A DNA stretch of 63,906 nucleotides, filler included, from Choristocarpus tenellus KU-1152 (lineage: Eukaryota > Protista > Phaeophyceae): assembly GCA_964200185.2 (NCBI GenBank). It is 10 parts of 10 records of this genome, joined end to end, with 100 filler letters (N's around TTAATTAATTAA, not from the genome) between each part and the next. Parts side by side here need not be neighbours in the genome. Positions count along the whole stretch, not along the records: positions 51,265 to 56,147 come from CAXNAD020012677.1; positions 56,248 to 60,765 come from CAXNAD020014193.1; positions 60,866 to 63,906 come from CAXNAD020022745.1; 7 more parts are not named here. One strand, given 5' to 3'. How positions within the stretch are numbered: position 1 is the stretch's first letter; every line of letters starts with the position of its first letter. The notes under the pieces were generated by a model, which ran no database searches, had not been told where the DNA came from, and saw only the letters and a program-made list of their open reading frames with translations. Positions 51,613 through 63,906 of the stretch are shown in pieces. Made by a program: the position numbers and the translations under genes.

Positions 51613-52659
51613 TCAATTCTGTGCCGCTTTTTTCGGGCATGCCCATGGGTGCACAAAATCGGGGTAGGTATTGTACCACCGACTTTGGTGTGGTCCTGCC
51701 CTCCTCTGAGGGGCACACAGCTTGAACGGGTGGTCATTCTTCCTGCAGCTGTAACACGGTCCTCCGAATTTAAAGGGACTGAAATGATTCACCAATCCAC
51801 ACATATCACAAGTCTCTCGGACCTTGGTAAGCCCCTTGGAATGGCATCCTGTCGTCCCAGGGTCAATACAGTGACTAGTCGTACGACGGCTGCCACCTCG
51901 GCCAGCCATTTTCACGGTCCTCACGGCCAGAACACTCCCAGGCTCTCCACGATCTCCAATACGGTGACCAGTCGTATTCCGGCTGCCACCTCGGCCACCC
52001 TTTTTCATGGTCCTCGTGGCCAGAGCGCTCCCGGGCTCTCCGTGATCTCCTACCTCTCGTTGGAGTGAGAAGTAGCACGAACGAGCAGCTTGTTGTATTG
52101 TAGCTCTCGAACGCTGGCCTTGGTAATCTCATCTTCATCCGCATCTTCCTGCTTGATGAAATCAATATCACCCACCCTGATGGATTCCTCCCTGTACTCT
52201 AATGCTTCGTTGATATCCCCCTTCGCCCCCCAAAATGCCCGGGTTGTAGCAAACCAATCGGCATAGTTGTTGTCTGTAAGTTGAAGGAGTTTTGCGTGAA
52301 AACCATCAGTAGTCATGAGTGATGCAAACCTAATTAAAAAACCAGTCCGCCTGCGCCTCCCCTAGCTAGAGTTTGTATTAGCGCTTAAGCGTGTTGAAGA
52401 GTTGGGCGCACGTAAGGCTCGTCGCCGAAAGCTAGCAGTTGAATTACATGGTAAAGCATACATTGAATCATTTATTGTCCATAGGGTATTGTCCACTTGA
52501 TGCGATTGTCCCACTAATGTCCCACTATCTCACCATAACATACCGCTGCGTACGTTACTACCTTGTATTGTACTAAACTAGAGATCAACGTACACATAAG
52601 CTATGTTGTTTACTTGGATCAGCACAGATAACGTAAGAATAACACTAGGTTATTCGACA
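51613..52659 (-). mobile_element. Ty1/Copia LTR retrotransposon 5' remnant: putative LTR 52659-52392 plus an internally deleted gag (52316-51613)
   Basis: TG...CA ends with short IR (TGTCGAA/TTCAACA on the minus strand); gag start LLQLTDNNYADW; zinc knuckle CYSCRKNDHPFKLC (CX2CX4HX4C); about 93-bp internal tandem duplication at 51868-52050. Confidence 0.7.
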
Positions 52660-53182
52660 AACAAAACCCCCCAAAAAACTATAAAGAGTTGTGGCACATT
52701 GTTGAAACCTGGGATTGAGTGAATGGTGCTCTTTTACTGTGGCAGGTTGGTTGTAGCGAAGGTGTGTCATAGTGCACTGAAGCACCAGTGAATTCATGGT
52801 GATGAACCTAGTTACATGAGGTGCATAGTCAGAGGTTTTTTGGTATGGTGTTGTGAGTAGTTCCTGGAGACGTCCAAAGGAGGAAGTGCATGCTCTGAGT
52901 CAAGGCTTTTTTGTACTTTATTCAAGAAGGGTTTTGAGGATGTTTTAACACTGAATATACTACATCCTGATGTGTAGAGGTACACTTAATGCAGAGTGAA
53001 CTCGAAGTCTTAGAAGGGGACAATGCGACCCAGAAAAGGAATAATCAACATATAAGACGCAACTGATGACTCTGATGTGAAGATCAAAAGAAAAATAAAG
53101 AGAAAAACTTGAATTAATATCTGGGACAATTCATATGGCACATTCTATGCTTGTATATTTGACCGATGTTGACTGTTCCTAT

Positions 53183-53596
53183 CCATGATGGTGTTGCAAC
53201 ATTAATTGACGATGCTCTGATGAGGTGCTAATGATGTAAATGTGACTAACGACTAGTAATGATGTGCGAATCAACAGTCAGTATGAACTCGTAATACTGT
53301 ATCATATCAAGTACGCAATAGATGAGTAGCCTTTGTCGACTGTTCCATACTCTATATAACATACTATACAACATATGTATAGTTTTCTTTTGTTTTCCCC
53401 CTGACACATCTGCAAAAAGTCAGAGGGCATAATAATAAAAATACTCCTCTCCACCATGATGTTCTAACAGTAGTTGATGAAGCTATGATGAGGTGCTAAT
53501 GGTGTAAATGTGACTAACTACCAGCGCCAATGTCCGAATCAACAGTCGGTATGAACTGGTAATACCCTATCGTATCAAGTACACAATAGATGAGTA
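53183..53596. repeat. Diverged direct repeat of about 145 bp (53183-53328 and 53454-53596)
   Basis: Shared TGATGAGGTGCTAATG...AAATGTGACTAAC...CGAATCAACAGTC...TATCAAGTAC...AATAGATGAGTA. Confidence 0.8.
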
Positions 53597-54272
53597 CCAT
53601 ATATTTTAACTTTACATCCTACTGATTCCTTTGTGCATTTCTTCCCTCTCTTGTCCTTCCTTAACCCTTACTTATGGAAGTACGCCAACTACTTAGAACT
53701 ATAAATGTTTGTTCAAAATCATCAGCTTGCAGCAACGAATACTTGTCTTGCCTTTCAAAAATTAACATGTCACACAAGTAGTAACCAACCATTCCAATAC
53801 TTCGTTGTGTTATAGGTGCTATTCCCAGGAAAGGAGGGGTTCATCATGCTAGTGGCGATCATCTTCAAGATATCCAACAGGAAGCTCTTCCTCCATCAAA
53901 CATAACCATCTGGCAGCCCCGCCAGCACAAACACTATAAAACTCATCATCTCTCCGATGGGTACCCTGCCATGATGGTAGACTTCAATTCACAACATAAT
54001 TATAATCAACAGGACTTCACACAGAAAGGGTTCTTCGATCTGTTCTCGACATTGGTATTCCTAGTGACTACTCCAATTAGGGACTTGAAGGAGAGAAGAA
54101 ACTTGGGAAAGGAACAAACGTGGGTTTACAGCTTCATGGTTTTCAGCAAAGACACAACCGAAGACAACAACCTTGTGAAGAACACCCTTGAGATACTTGT
54201 TAGCGACTAATTAAAGCCTCTGGCCTGGGAATACGGACAGATGCACGAGGTATTCCACATCTGGTCTGATGG

Positions 54273-54532
54273 GAGTGAAATCAAGCGGGAGGTACCCAGG
54301 GTTGCATTTAAAGGGTGTTGACAAATAGTTGCAAATTCGCTTTTTTTTCAACAAATTTGTATAGAAATACTTCTGAGTTCTGTCGAAAGGCCTCCAACAA
54401 TGGAGAAATCAACACTCTCAAGTCAAACTTGGTGCTTCATCTGTAGAAATATAGGTGGATAGCAAAAAAATGGAAAAATAGCTTAAAATGAAAAACGACC
54501 AAAACCTGGCTACCTCTCGCTTACTTTGACTT
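54273..54532. mobile_element. MITE family C copy
   Basis: GAGTGAAA...GAGGTACCCAGGGTTGCATTT ... AAACCTGGCTACCTCTCGCTTACTTTGACT. Confidence 0.8.
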
Positions 54533-56509
54533 CGGGTATTGAGGTCGATTTAAGAACTGATGGCAAATGTGATGGGTTTCTTATCTAACTGCAAGGCTAG
54601 GGAGTGCCGTCGTTTGCAACCTCTTGCCTCTTGCGATGGAAAGTCCTTCTGTGATGGAATTGAGCCCATGGTGAAGTTCACCACCTGGAGACTCGAGCCC
54701 GACAAATTACGGATACTGTGAACCTCACCCTTGGTCAACACAATCAAAGCAACAAAGGCAGTGTACACATTGCGGGAGCCTACGACCAAGGAAGAGCAGG
54801 TTTGTGGAAAGATTCCAAGGTACCCCAGGGGCTAAACTCTGTTACCAAGGTCAGTACTTTGCCACATCTGTTCTTGTTGTGTGCGATCTTCCTGTTGCCC
54901 AACAAGATATTCTGTCACCCCCTAATCATAATCCTGAACTTCGGCAAGTACGCGTGGCAAATGTTTTGATCGCTAACAGGAACATACCGATATTTCTACT
55001 TTGCGATACTTGTTCCGATTTGGGTAAATCAGGTGTTGCACGTTTTAGCAGTTTGCTACCGACACATCCACCAGTGGATGGCAAATTCATGACTTTTGGA
55101 CCCAAAAAACTATCCTTGGTTAAGTTGATGATACTCCTCAAAAGTCACGTTCCTCTCTCCAATATTTCCATTTGCAACCTTCAATAATATTCATAGATTG
55201 ATTGGAGTGCTAATGATGAACCTCAGTGACTTGCCTCTCCTCATGCCTGGCCCTCTCTTCCCATAGGATTGAGTCGACATCGAAAACAAGTGCAAAGAAA
55301 GGTGTACACAAAACGTTTCTTGACTAACACTGTCAGAAGGCAAGATCTAATCCATCCCCTGGCTCATAAGGTCAACCACAATAGACAACATGATATCGTG
55401 TCCCCAAAATCAAGGATATCAAGTCGACAGACAGATTCATCACTCAACCGGAGACTGACGGCAACTCTTCTGCTGTGGTCTTACACCAAGAGGTCGTGCT
55501 ACTGCACCAAGTGCACAATTGGCAACATGACAAACTGAAGTGGTAGGATACCCACGTGCTTCCCTTGAGGGAGAACGACTTTGGGTTTCATCTGAAGGCT
55601 ATGTGGAAGACATGTACGTTTGGAGTTACCTATTGAGGAAGAAGAGACAACTGGTGGTGGGCAATAATTGCCTTGTGCAAACAGGTTGGGATTCCTGCTG
55701 TTCACTATGCATAAGAGGAAAGTGCAGAATGGGACGCCAGGGACCACTCCAGCTATGTGGGGCAGTTCAGTGCTGGCAAGAAGGTTGTGTTTGTCAAGGA
55801 AGACTTCAAGGTCCTCATGACCAACTTTGTTGATGGGGTGTGAGCAGTTCATCTGTCACTTGCAAGCAATGTGAGATTTGCAAATATTCACGTATTCACA
55901 TGTTTGTTTCAAAATACCAGAATATTTGCTGCCTTAGCTATAGTTTCTACATCATTCCTTCATGTGTGCAGGATGTTCTTCAATATTTCAATTTACCTCT
56001 TGCTTTGGTCAAATCATCTCGATTTTGAAGTATTGTGTTGAGGAAATCTCCACAAATGGCTCGAAGTATCTCGGGGGGGGGTGGGGAGGGGGGAGGGGGG
56101 GGGGGGGGGGGTGGTGTTAAGGGGAGATGTGGTCATGGTCAATGCGGNNNNNNNNNNNNNNNNNNNNNNNNNNNNNNNNNNNNNNNNNNNNTTAATTAAT
56201 TAANNNNNNNNNNNNNNNNNNNNNNNNNNNNNNNNNNNNNNNNNNNNCAGTCAATTTTGGGTCAAGACCATCCTCAATGAAAAGCTCCATCCTCAATTTT
56301 TGAAATCGGCTGTTTACTGCTGAGCCAATTCACCTCTCAAGATGGGCAACTCGATGCGTTGGGACTTGTATTCATACTCACCATCCCTCTCAAACCCTTC
56401 CCCCAGCAGCCTCACATGCCATTGTGCCATGTTCTAGTGGCATCTCTCCTCCTGGTAATCTCTTGTTGACTCCCCGCAATTCACCTTCGTTGCATTACCT
56501 TCTCAGTCA

Positions 56510-56757
56510 GAACCAAAATAACTTAGAGGGTAGAACCGCACCCATTTGGGGCCCAAAATCCATTTTTTTTGTAATTGGCTAACGTGTTTGTTAGGAAGTG
56601 TTACTTCCTTGTTTTGGACACACCTTTTCATAACGTATACATTTTATCTACTCTGAAATATTTTGGAGTAGGAAAATGTCATAAAAGAACCCATGGGAAG
56701 CCAAGCCCCAAATGGACAAAGAGGGCAAAACTCGTACCCTCTCAGATACTTTCACTC
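56510..56757. mobile_element. MITE family B copy
   Basis: CTTAGAGGGTAG...CTCGTACCCTCTCAGATACTTTCACTC. Confidence 0.88.
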
Positions 56758-59700
56758 TCAAATTGGCAAGTTGCCAACATCATTTCCTGTTGCGCCTGGG
56801 GTCAGTCACTGTCGCACTTGCCTTGATACCATCGACAAACAGTCCAAACAGATCTCAAGCCCATTGCAATGGCAGCGATTAACACCGAAAAAAACACTGC
56901 ACTCCACCATGGCCATTGTCCCACAACTATTTCAGAGAATATTAAAATGTTGGAATTTGTTACTAGAGGATGCTGTCGAAAAAATGCTCAGGAGCTATGA
57001 GCAAACTGCAATTCAGGACCGAACCTACTGACAAAACCTCAAAAAACACACACATATTTACAGACACAACAACAGTACCATGAGCTGAGGTCTCCAGCGA
57101 TGGATTGGTAATGGCAATGAAGCAGCAGAGAGACTCACCCTGAAAACACAGCATCACAGAACCCTCCCTTCTCTTCAATATCCTACATTCTGTGCCATGA
57201 TCTTGACACAGCTGCACAGGTTATCAAGGCACCGTGTGAAGGGTGTAAGTGTTTTTCTGAAAATGAAAAATTGCCACTCTGCCTAATACTCCATGCAGAT
57301 GCTAGACTAATGGAGAATGATACGCAAGTATACATATGGGCATGAGAGTAGTACATACCCAGTACATACCCAAGTTTATAGTAGCTAAGGCTGGATGCAA
57401 ACCAATGGATATTTGTACTATCACCAGAGACCCCCTATTACCTTCTACTTGTCCAAAAATTCTTGCTCAATGCCATCGAGGGGACGGTTGACTCAGATTT
57501 TTTTTTTATTAAACTATCTGGTCGGGCCCTGACCTATGATACCTTCAATAGTTTAGAAGTCCCCCATATCCGCTTTGGAGGTTAAAGTTACCCACATACC
57601 TCACTGTTGCACACGGAAATTAAGCTAGGTTATCTCCTTCAGTACAGGCAGCCACAGACCCTCCCCCGCCCCTTCTGTCCTCTTGTTGCTGGAGGACACT
57701 GTATGTTTGCCTCTCACTCAGGTGTTGCTGGAGAATTATGACTCGTACCTTGTGAATCTCCTCGTCGTTTCCCCCCAGCACAGTCCCTTCAGGTTTAAAT
57801 CACCGTACACGCCCCATCTGTTCCTCCCCACCTAGTGCTGCTGGACCACTGAGGCTGCTAACTCTCGAAGGATAGTCCCTCCTTTACCCCCCAGAACAGC
57901 AACTCCCTCATACCCTGCCACAGCTCTCTACCTTAGAGTACCTCATCCTGGTCGTGGGAGCTCTACACTAATCAATGAACGGGTTTATTGGGGATCAAAA
58001 TAGCAGCATTAACCTAACGACCTAACCATCCACTAGTCCGTTGAGGCACAATCAGATAGATCAGACAGGCTGAAGCCGAGCATCCTTGCCCTGCTACAGT
58101 GATGTACCCACAGTTCTACATTCACATTGTGGAAGGCGCGCAGTTACACAGTATGGTCTCGTAGGTGGGCGAGGAGGTCGTCGTTTGTCTGGATCATCCC
58201 GTCAGTAGATCAATAGACAGCCGCATCTGCCAACTAACGACGACATTTTGCAAAAATCTTCGTCTGAGTAGGTGCAATCCTATAGACAAGCTAGCTGTAT
58301 AGAAATTATAATGAAGTGAGGTCGAAGGATATTGTTGCAAGCGACACATATAACAATCCTATATCATCATCGCAACAACTTTGTCTCAATGCACAGATAC
58401 GCACAAAATATCATAAATGGAGAGCAGACCATACTCCCACCTCGGTCCTTGTCATTGTGTGGATAAGAGTGTGGAAATGATAACTCCTGTAACCCAGCAG
58501 TTTCAACATTTTGAAATGTCTGTCTACTAGGTGAAGTCCTTACCTTCATGCTCCCACGTATTATACTGTGCTCTTTTGTTGTGTTTTTAAATGATCACAT
58601 CCATATTACATACACACCATTGATAGTTGGGAATGCATATAATGCCTTCTCAATAACACTAAAACGAACTCCTACCACCACCAAAACACTGGAAACAAGA
58701 AGAGACAACAGTATCCAAATCATTCACGATCACAAATAAATGTGTTTTAAATGTGTTCTTCAATTTTTATTTTTAGGTGAGGATGTTGTAGTGCTGGTGA
58801 ACAAAAATGACAAAAATCGTATCAAGTGAAGCAACAACTGTACCGTACATACGACTGTCGTACACATACGAACTACACTTGTATGAAATTTCTAAGTCAA
58901 CTACATTCCTATATACATAGATTAAATACGAATACCATTCGGATTGAGAGAGCGTGCATCATTGTTTCCAACACAAAACAAACTCACCAACAACCCAAAC
59001 ACAACAGCAACAACACAACGGTTTCATGGAGTCTGTTGCTCATGTTGCTGATGATACAATACATGGACTAAACAGTAATGAACATAGATAGGAACCGAGT
59101 CAACGACGTGATGTACGCATCCATCTTTCATTATCATTATCGCTTCCCATATATATCGTTCGTGATTGGAATACCAATACTTTGTTCAAGAAAGAAAAAG
59201 AACAAGCTGGTACTAGTACTTCAAACTTATATACTCCACACTACAACAATAAAAAAAAGCAACGCCCTAAACCCACCTTCAATCTTCTGTAGAATACTAA
59301 AGTATATTCAATACTATCTTATCAATACCCAAAGTTATGTAACTATATTTCAAGTATAATGGGCGTTACCTAAACTGTGGTACTTGAGAAGGGTGTTGCA
59401 GGAGGGAGTCCAAATTCCCTCTCAACCAAAAATATTAACTTCGAAGCTGGACGTTCATTCCTTTAGACATGGCAATAACGCCGTTACTGGTAATTACCTC
59501 CAGTGTTTTTTGAGGAATCAAGAGAGCTAGCAGACAACACTAAAAGGAAAACAATGAACACCTCTAGGGACTAATAAATTTTGTGTTCTACTATTACATA
59601 GACATGATTGCTGCAAAAAGGAAGAAGGTGTGGGGGTGGTTTCTAGTGATGGATATATTACCCAGTTACAGCATTGTTTCTAATACTACCGAGCTAAACT

Positions 59701-62700
59701 TGGAGAGAATGTCAAAAATGAGACGAAGTCTCTATGAAACAAAACTATCTTCACTACATCTGCGTTAGAGTTGTCATTTCGATGTGGTCAGTAGCACTGT
59801 CAGCTCATTGTTTGAGCGTAACTTCATGCGGCAGAGAAGTAGAGGTTGTTTAGCCTGCCTAACTATACCCTCACATTTGTGTGTGTCAGAACTATATTTC
59901 AATGTTCCCCTGTCAAAAAAATGAGCAAGCTTTTTTTCATTTGCAACCCTCAGAGGTTGTTTAGAAATACTACTTGACAACAACAGCACTCCACAGAAAT
60001 TTCAAGTTAAAACAGTAGAATGATAACAACACACTTGAGACGGTCAGCAGAGGAAGGCAGGGACACACAATGTATAAATGTCTCACATGTGGCACAAGAG
60101 TGGCACAACACAGCTGGTGAAGAACTGATATATCAGAAAGGGGTGGGCGGTTGATGGAGTGTCAAACAAAGACCACACAAAAGCACAGTATCTTTCAAAA
60201 TACATGTGCATATCGGGACAGCACACAGAAGCTCAGTCCACATTCTGTTGTAGGTGTAGTGTTGAAGGGAAAAGAAATACTTGCATCTGGAGTTGGTGGC
60301 AGCCAACAGCTGGTACACATGATGTAAGTATTGCTATACACATCATATCACAGAATCATTACACTTGTATAGTAGACATCTCTCCACATTATCGATCAAC
60401 TTTCGTATCAATACTGCCTCAAGAGGCAGGGATGGGGTTATATATCCAACACACAAACCAATCCAAACTCCCTCCCCACCTGGTAACCCAACAAAAAACG
60501 AGGTCTTCCGAGAGGAGAGGGACATGGGTTGCACACGAAGTATAGAACGACTTATGCAGGCAGGGTTGTTGTCACACAATGCCCATATTACAGAGAGCCT
60601 AAACACACACAAATGCACACTCGCCAAAAGTCAACTCTAATTCTGCATTGGAAGAACCAGTAATGCACTCATATTGTCTACATGTACATGACCATAACAT
60701 TTTGAACACAACAACAAAAGCACTCCTTCAATCATCATCAGACCCAAAGTATCTGGGAGGGGGGGNNNNNNNNNNNNNNNNNNNNNNNNNNNNNNNNNNN
60801 NNNNNNNNNTTAATTAATTAANNNNNNNNNNNNNNNNNNNNNNNNNNNNNNNNNNNNNNNNNNNNCCGCCACCCCCCCCAGATACTTTGAGCCTGAAGTT
60901 ACAATAGGATATAGTTTTTAACTGAATTCCCACCCAAAGCACCAAATACTGCGTGTAGGATTGGGAGTGTGGTAAGGGTTTGTACTTGGACTAGATTCGA
61001 GTGGAATATGCCTTACACTTGGGGAGAAAAGGGAGAGCAACAAGGCCCGCTGAGATTGGAACAGCAGAGTTGGTGAGTCGAAGGAAAGAAGGGAGATGGA
61101 AATGAGAGGCTTTAGAAGTGTATGATATATGTGGATTAATGACAATGACTGAGTTAGAGTACCAACAGGACTACTGGGTGGAAATGAGGAATAAGAAATG
61201 GGTGCAAGCAGCACAGGAGATAAGAGAGAGAATGTATTGAGTGGAACCATCAACCAATAATAGGGGTTTTTGTGTAGGTTAGGTTTAGATTCTGAGTTTT
61301 TTTTGTCCAATCATGAAGTGAGGCCGGTGTTAACAGATTACAACAAGTGGAGTCAAGGGATGGCGAATAATATGAGAAGGCTTTATAGTATTGTCCTGGG
61401 TTGGAAGAGATGGAAAGGGACACCTTGATTGAAGGGAAGAACACGCAAGTGTAAAAGGCACTTGATAGGAGAATTACCAACTAATGGAGAAATCATGTTG
61501 TGGGGTGGGTGATGCTTCTGAAATCAACTACGATACGTACTATGTTCGAGAAATTTTAGTGGGTTGGAATGTGATTGACGGAAAAGGGGATTGGATTGCA
61601 TCGGCAATTGGAAAGATGGAACATTGAGGAAGTTATAATGTGTAGGGTGACACACTCTCTTTGTGACCCAACCATTTGAAATGATAGTGTCGGGTCATCC
61701 CTTTTCACAGGAGATTTGGGTCAATATACACCAATTACTGGAATTACTCGAATGGGGGGAATAGTACTGAAGTGGTTCAGATGGGAGAGGTGTCACCAAT
61801 CGGAGATGTTCCAAGAACGTCCAGGAAGTAAGAAAACTGTTGCTCTTGTGGTTTGATGAGACGAATGGAAGCAATGATTGGTGGGAAGTTTGTGGGAAGG
61901 AATAGACGAATGTGTTGCCTGGGAATTGTTGTTGGACATTGAATAAGGAATTAATAGAAGAGAGAAGTATTAATAGTGGACAAGTTACAATATAATAAGA
62001 GAATTTCGTAAACTATTACTATCCAGCACTAGATTATCTGTATCATAGGTGCGAATAGGACTCTGTCAGGAATCCCAACCTTCTTAATACTTCAACAACA
62101 AACCAGCGCATTTCCCGATACTCCAGCACGGAAGCCTACCGTTGTTCCAGATCAGAAAGGGTGGTTGTAGGGAGATTCCGGTCCACATTCAATCCCTTTT
62201 TATGTTTGATATTTGTTTGTGATTTGACCTTTTGCCTTGGTGGCTCATCCAATCTCTGCTGAGTACTTTCACCACCTCAACAAGATAGCAGCGGTCCATG
62301 TTTAAACCTTGGTGGACCACCATTCACTCAAGTACAATGCTAGGCCTAGCCTAAGCAAAACCTCTGTATAGATCAAGTGGAAATGAAGACAACACCTACA
62401 ACCTACTGCTTGCTGATGAAGCATGGACATGCACTGCTACACCAACTAGGCAAGTGGTAGGTGTAACAGTGGGCAGACTGCAAGCAAAACTAAGCTCGAT
62501 GTAGCAGTAGTATAATAGATGTCACACTGTTACTGCTACCACTACGCTACTCCTGACCTGGTTATTTAGCTGTCTGAAAAAAAAGAACTAGTAAGCGATT
62601 GGGCAGCAGCTACCAATCGATCAATGCAAAACTCAGTCGAAAACACGCCTATCACAGGAATAGAAACAAGGTAGATTCACAGAAAGAGCTTGTGACAAGC

Positions 62701-63036
62701 AACTTCCAACAACGTTTTTTTTGGGGGGGGGATGGATGAGGAACAAAGAGCATTACCAAGCACGATCTATTCTAATTGTGAAGTTGCTGTCCCTGCCGCT
62801 GTCAAGTCCTATCCCATCCACTGACCAGACCACTACATTGAATAGTAGCTGTCGGGGGATATGGCACAAGACCAGTGATCAAACCAGACACCCCCAGCCA
62901 ATCTGCCTCCAGACAGAAGTAGACCCTCTTATCAACAGTCCCAACCATGAGCTGAGGTCGATTCACCATCATCATTGGACTGGAAACAAAGAGACGCCAC
63001 TAGGCAAACTTCTGGATGTACTGTGTGCAGGAGGGA

Positions 63037-63179
63037 TCATGCAGACTTCTTAAAGACATCCATTCCCTTGAGGATCTTAGCTGATGTAATGATGTCACCC
63101 TCCTTAACATCTGCAAGGAGTTCTGCGTTCTCAACAGTGTAGCCAAAGTTAGCGTATCGGCCATCCAACAAGTTTTTCC
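63037..63179 (-). CDS. Last exon of a thylakoid-lumen cyclophilin (CYP38/TLP40 or CYP37-like)
   Basis: CAG|GKNLLDGRYANFGYTVENAELLADVKEGDIITSAKILKGMDVFKKSA* matches the CYP38-type C-terminus NILDGRYAVFGYV...LADLKVGDVI. Confidence 0.85.
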
Positions 63180-63906
63180 CTGTTGGAGTCAGGACAAGAG
63201 TGGAACGGAGTGAGGGGCATTATCTACAGAGAGGGTTCAAGATAGGAGGCAACAATGGGGAAGGCGCATTACACTTGTGATCAGAGTAACAAATATGGTG
63301 TTGTGAACCGCATGGACTTGATTGGTACAATTCAAAATAATCGTGATTGATCGAACAGTTTCTTGATGTACGACAGGACCGTGAGAGGTAACGTTGGTGA
63401 TGTTATTTTATTTTATTTTATTTTATTTTATTGCATCGTTTTACGATATGCTCTGTACTTACGTATTACACTACTATAATATCTATTTCTGGGTGACAAT
63501 TCTCAACATCACCAAAATTTTCTACCCAAAATAATACAAAACAACAAAAACGATACACTGGCTCTAATCGGAATTTTCGAGTCTGTCAAATGAGCGATTA
63601 TAGTGCATCTTCTTAGGTCAATGGCTAAGGAGGGCTACTCGCTCCATACACTTCGTAGGTACAAATCACACCAGCACAGTGCCTCTTTTTCAATGTAAAT
63701 CTGATTTGAATACCAATGTTCCACTCATACTACAGATTGTACACACCCGTACCATCCCTTCTGTTCCTGCACTGAAAAAAAAAATGTTAATAGAACAACA
63801 TGACAAGGCAAGGCAAGCCTTCATTGCCAAGCAACACTGAGGCAGGTCCAACAGAAGATATCAGGGGGGGGGGGGGAGGCTAAGTGAGAACCAGGGGGAT
63901 GGCTGA

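Noticed and set aside
53700-56030. Possible decayed LINE endonuclease/RT on the minus strand
   Set aside because: Only vague resemblance; no diagnostic motif could be confirmed.
60918-62350. Possible decayed retroelement coding sequence
   Set aside because: Purine-skewed sequence with many stops; motifs too weak to call.

Overview
Eukaryotic genomic DNA, not prokaryotic. The window is ten short contigs (1-3647, 3748-7770, 7871-12337, 12438-21774, 21875-25760, 25861-35673, 35774-51164, 51265-56147, 56248-60765, 60866-63906) joined by artificial N/TTAATTAATTAA/N linkers, so adjacency across linkers is meaningless. Intron-rich genes and a thylakoid CYP38-type cyclophilin indicate a photosynthetic eukaryote; a brown alga or related stramenopile is my inference. 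Spliced genes reconstructed by eye: ABCG transporter, RAB3GAP2 head-to-head with a BIG/Sec7 Arf-GEF, PIF1, a UbiE/COQ5 methyltransferase head-to-head with eIF3g, a Tim17/22/23-family protein, a divergent PARP-fold protein, a histidine acid phosphatase and CYP38. Transposon debris is dense: CRE-like RT, hAT, DD39D-type mariner, Copia LTR/gag, and about 20 copies of three MITE families sharing terminal motifs, with 4-bp TSDs on the best-preserved copies (Sola2-like). The most notable item is an intact ORF with no intron in its recognisable coding region (14137-15240) that fuses an F-box to a DMS3/GMI1/SMCHD1-type SMC hinge, a candidate SCF adaptor for SMC-hinge chromatin proteins. All family calls come from motif recognition, not database searches.
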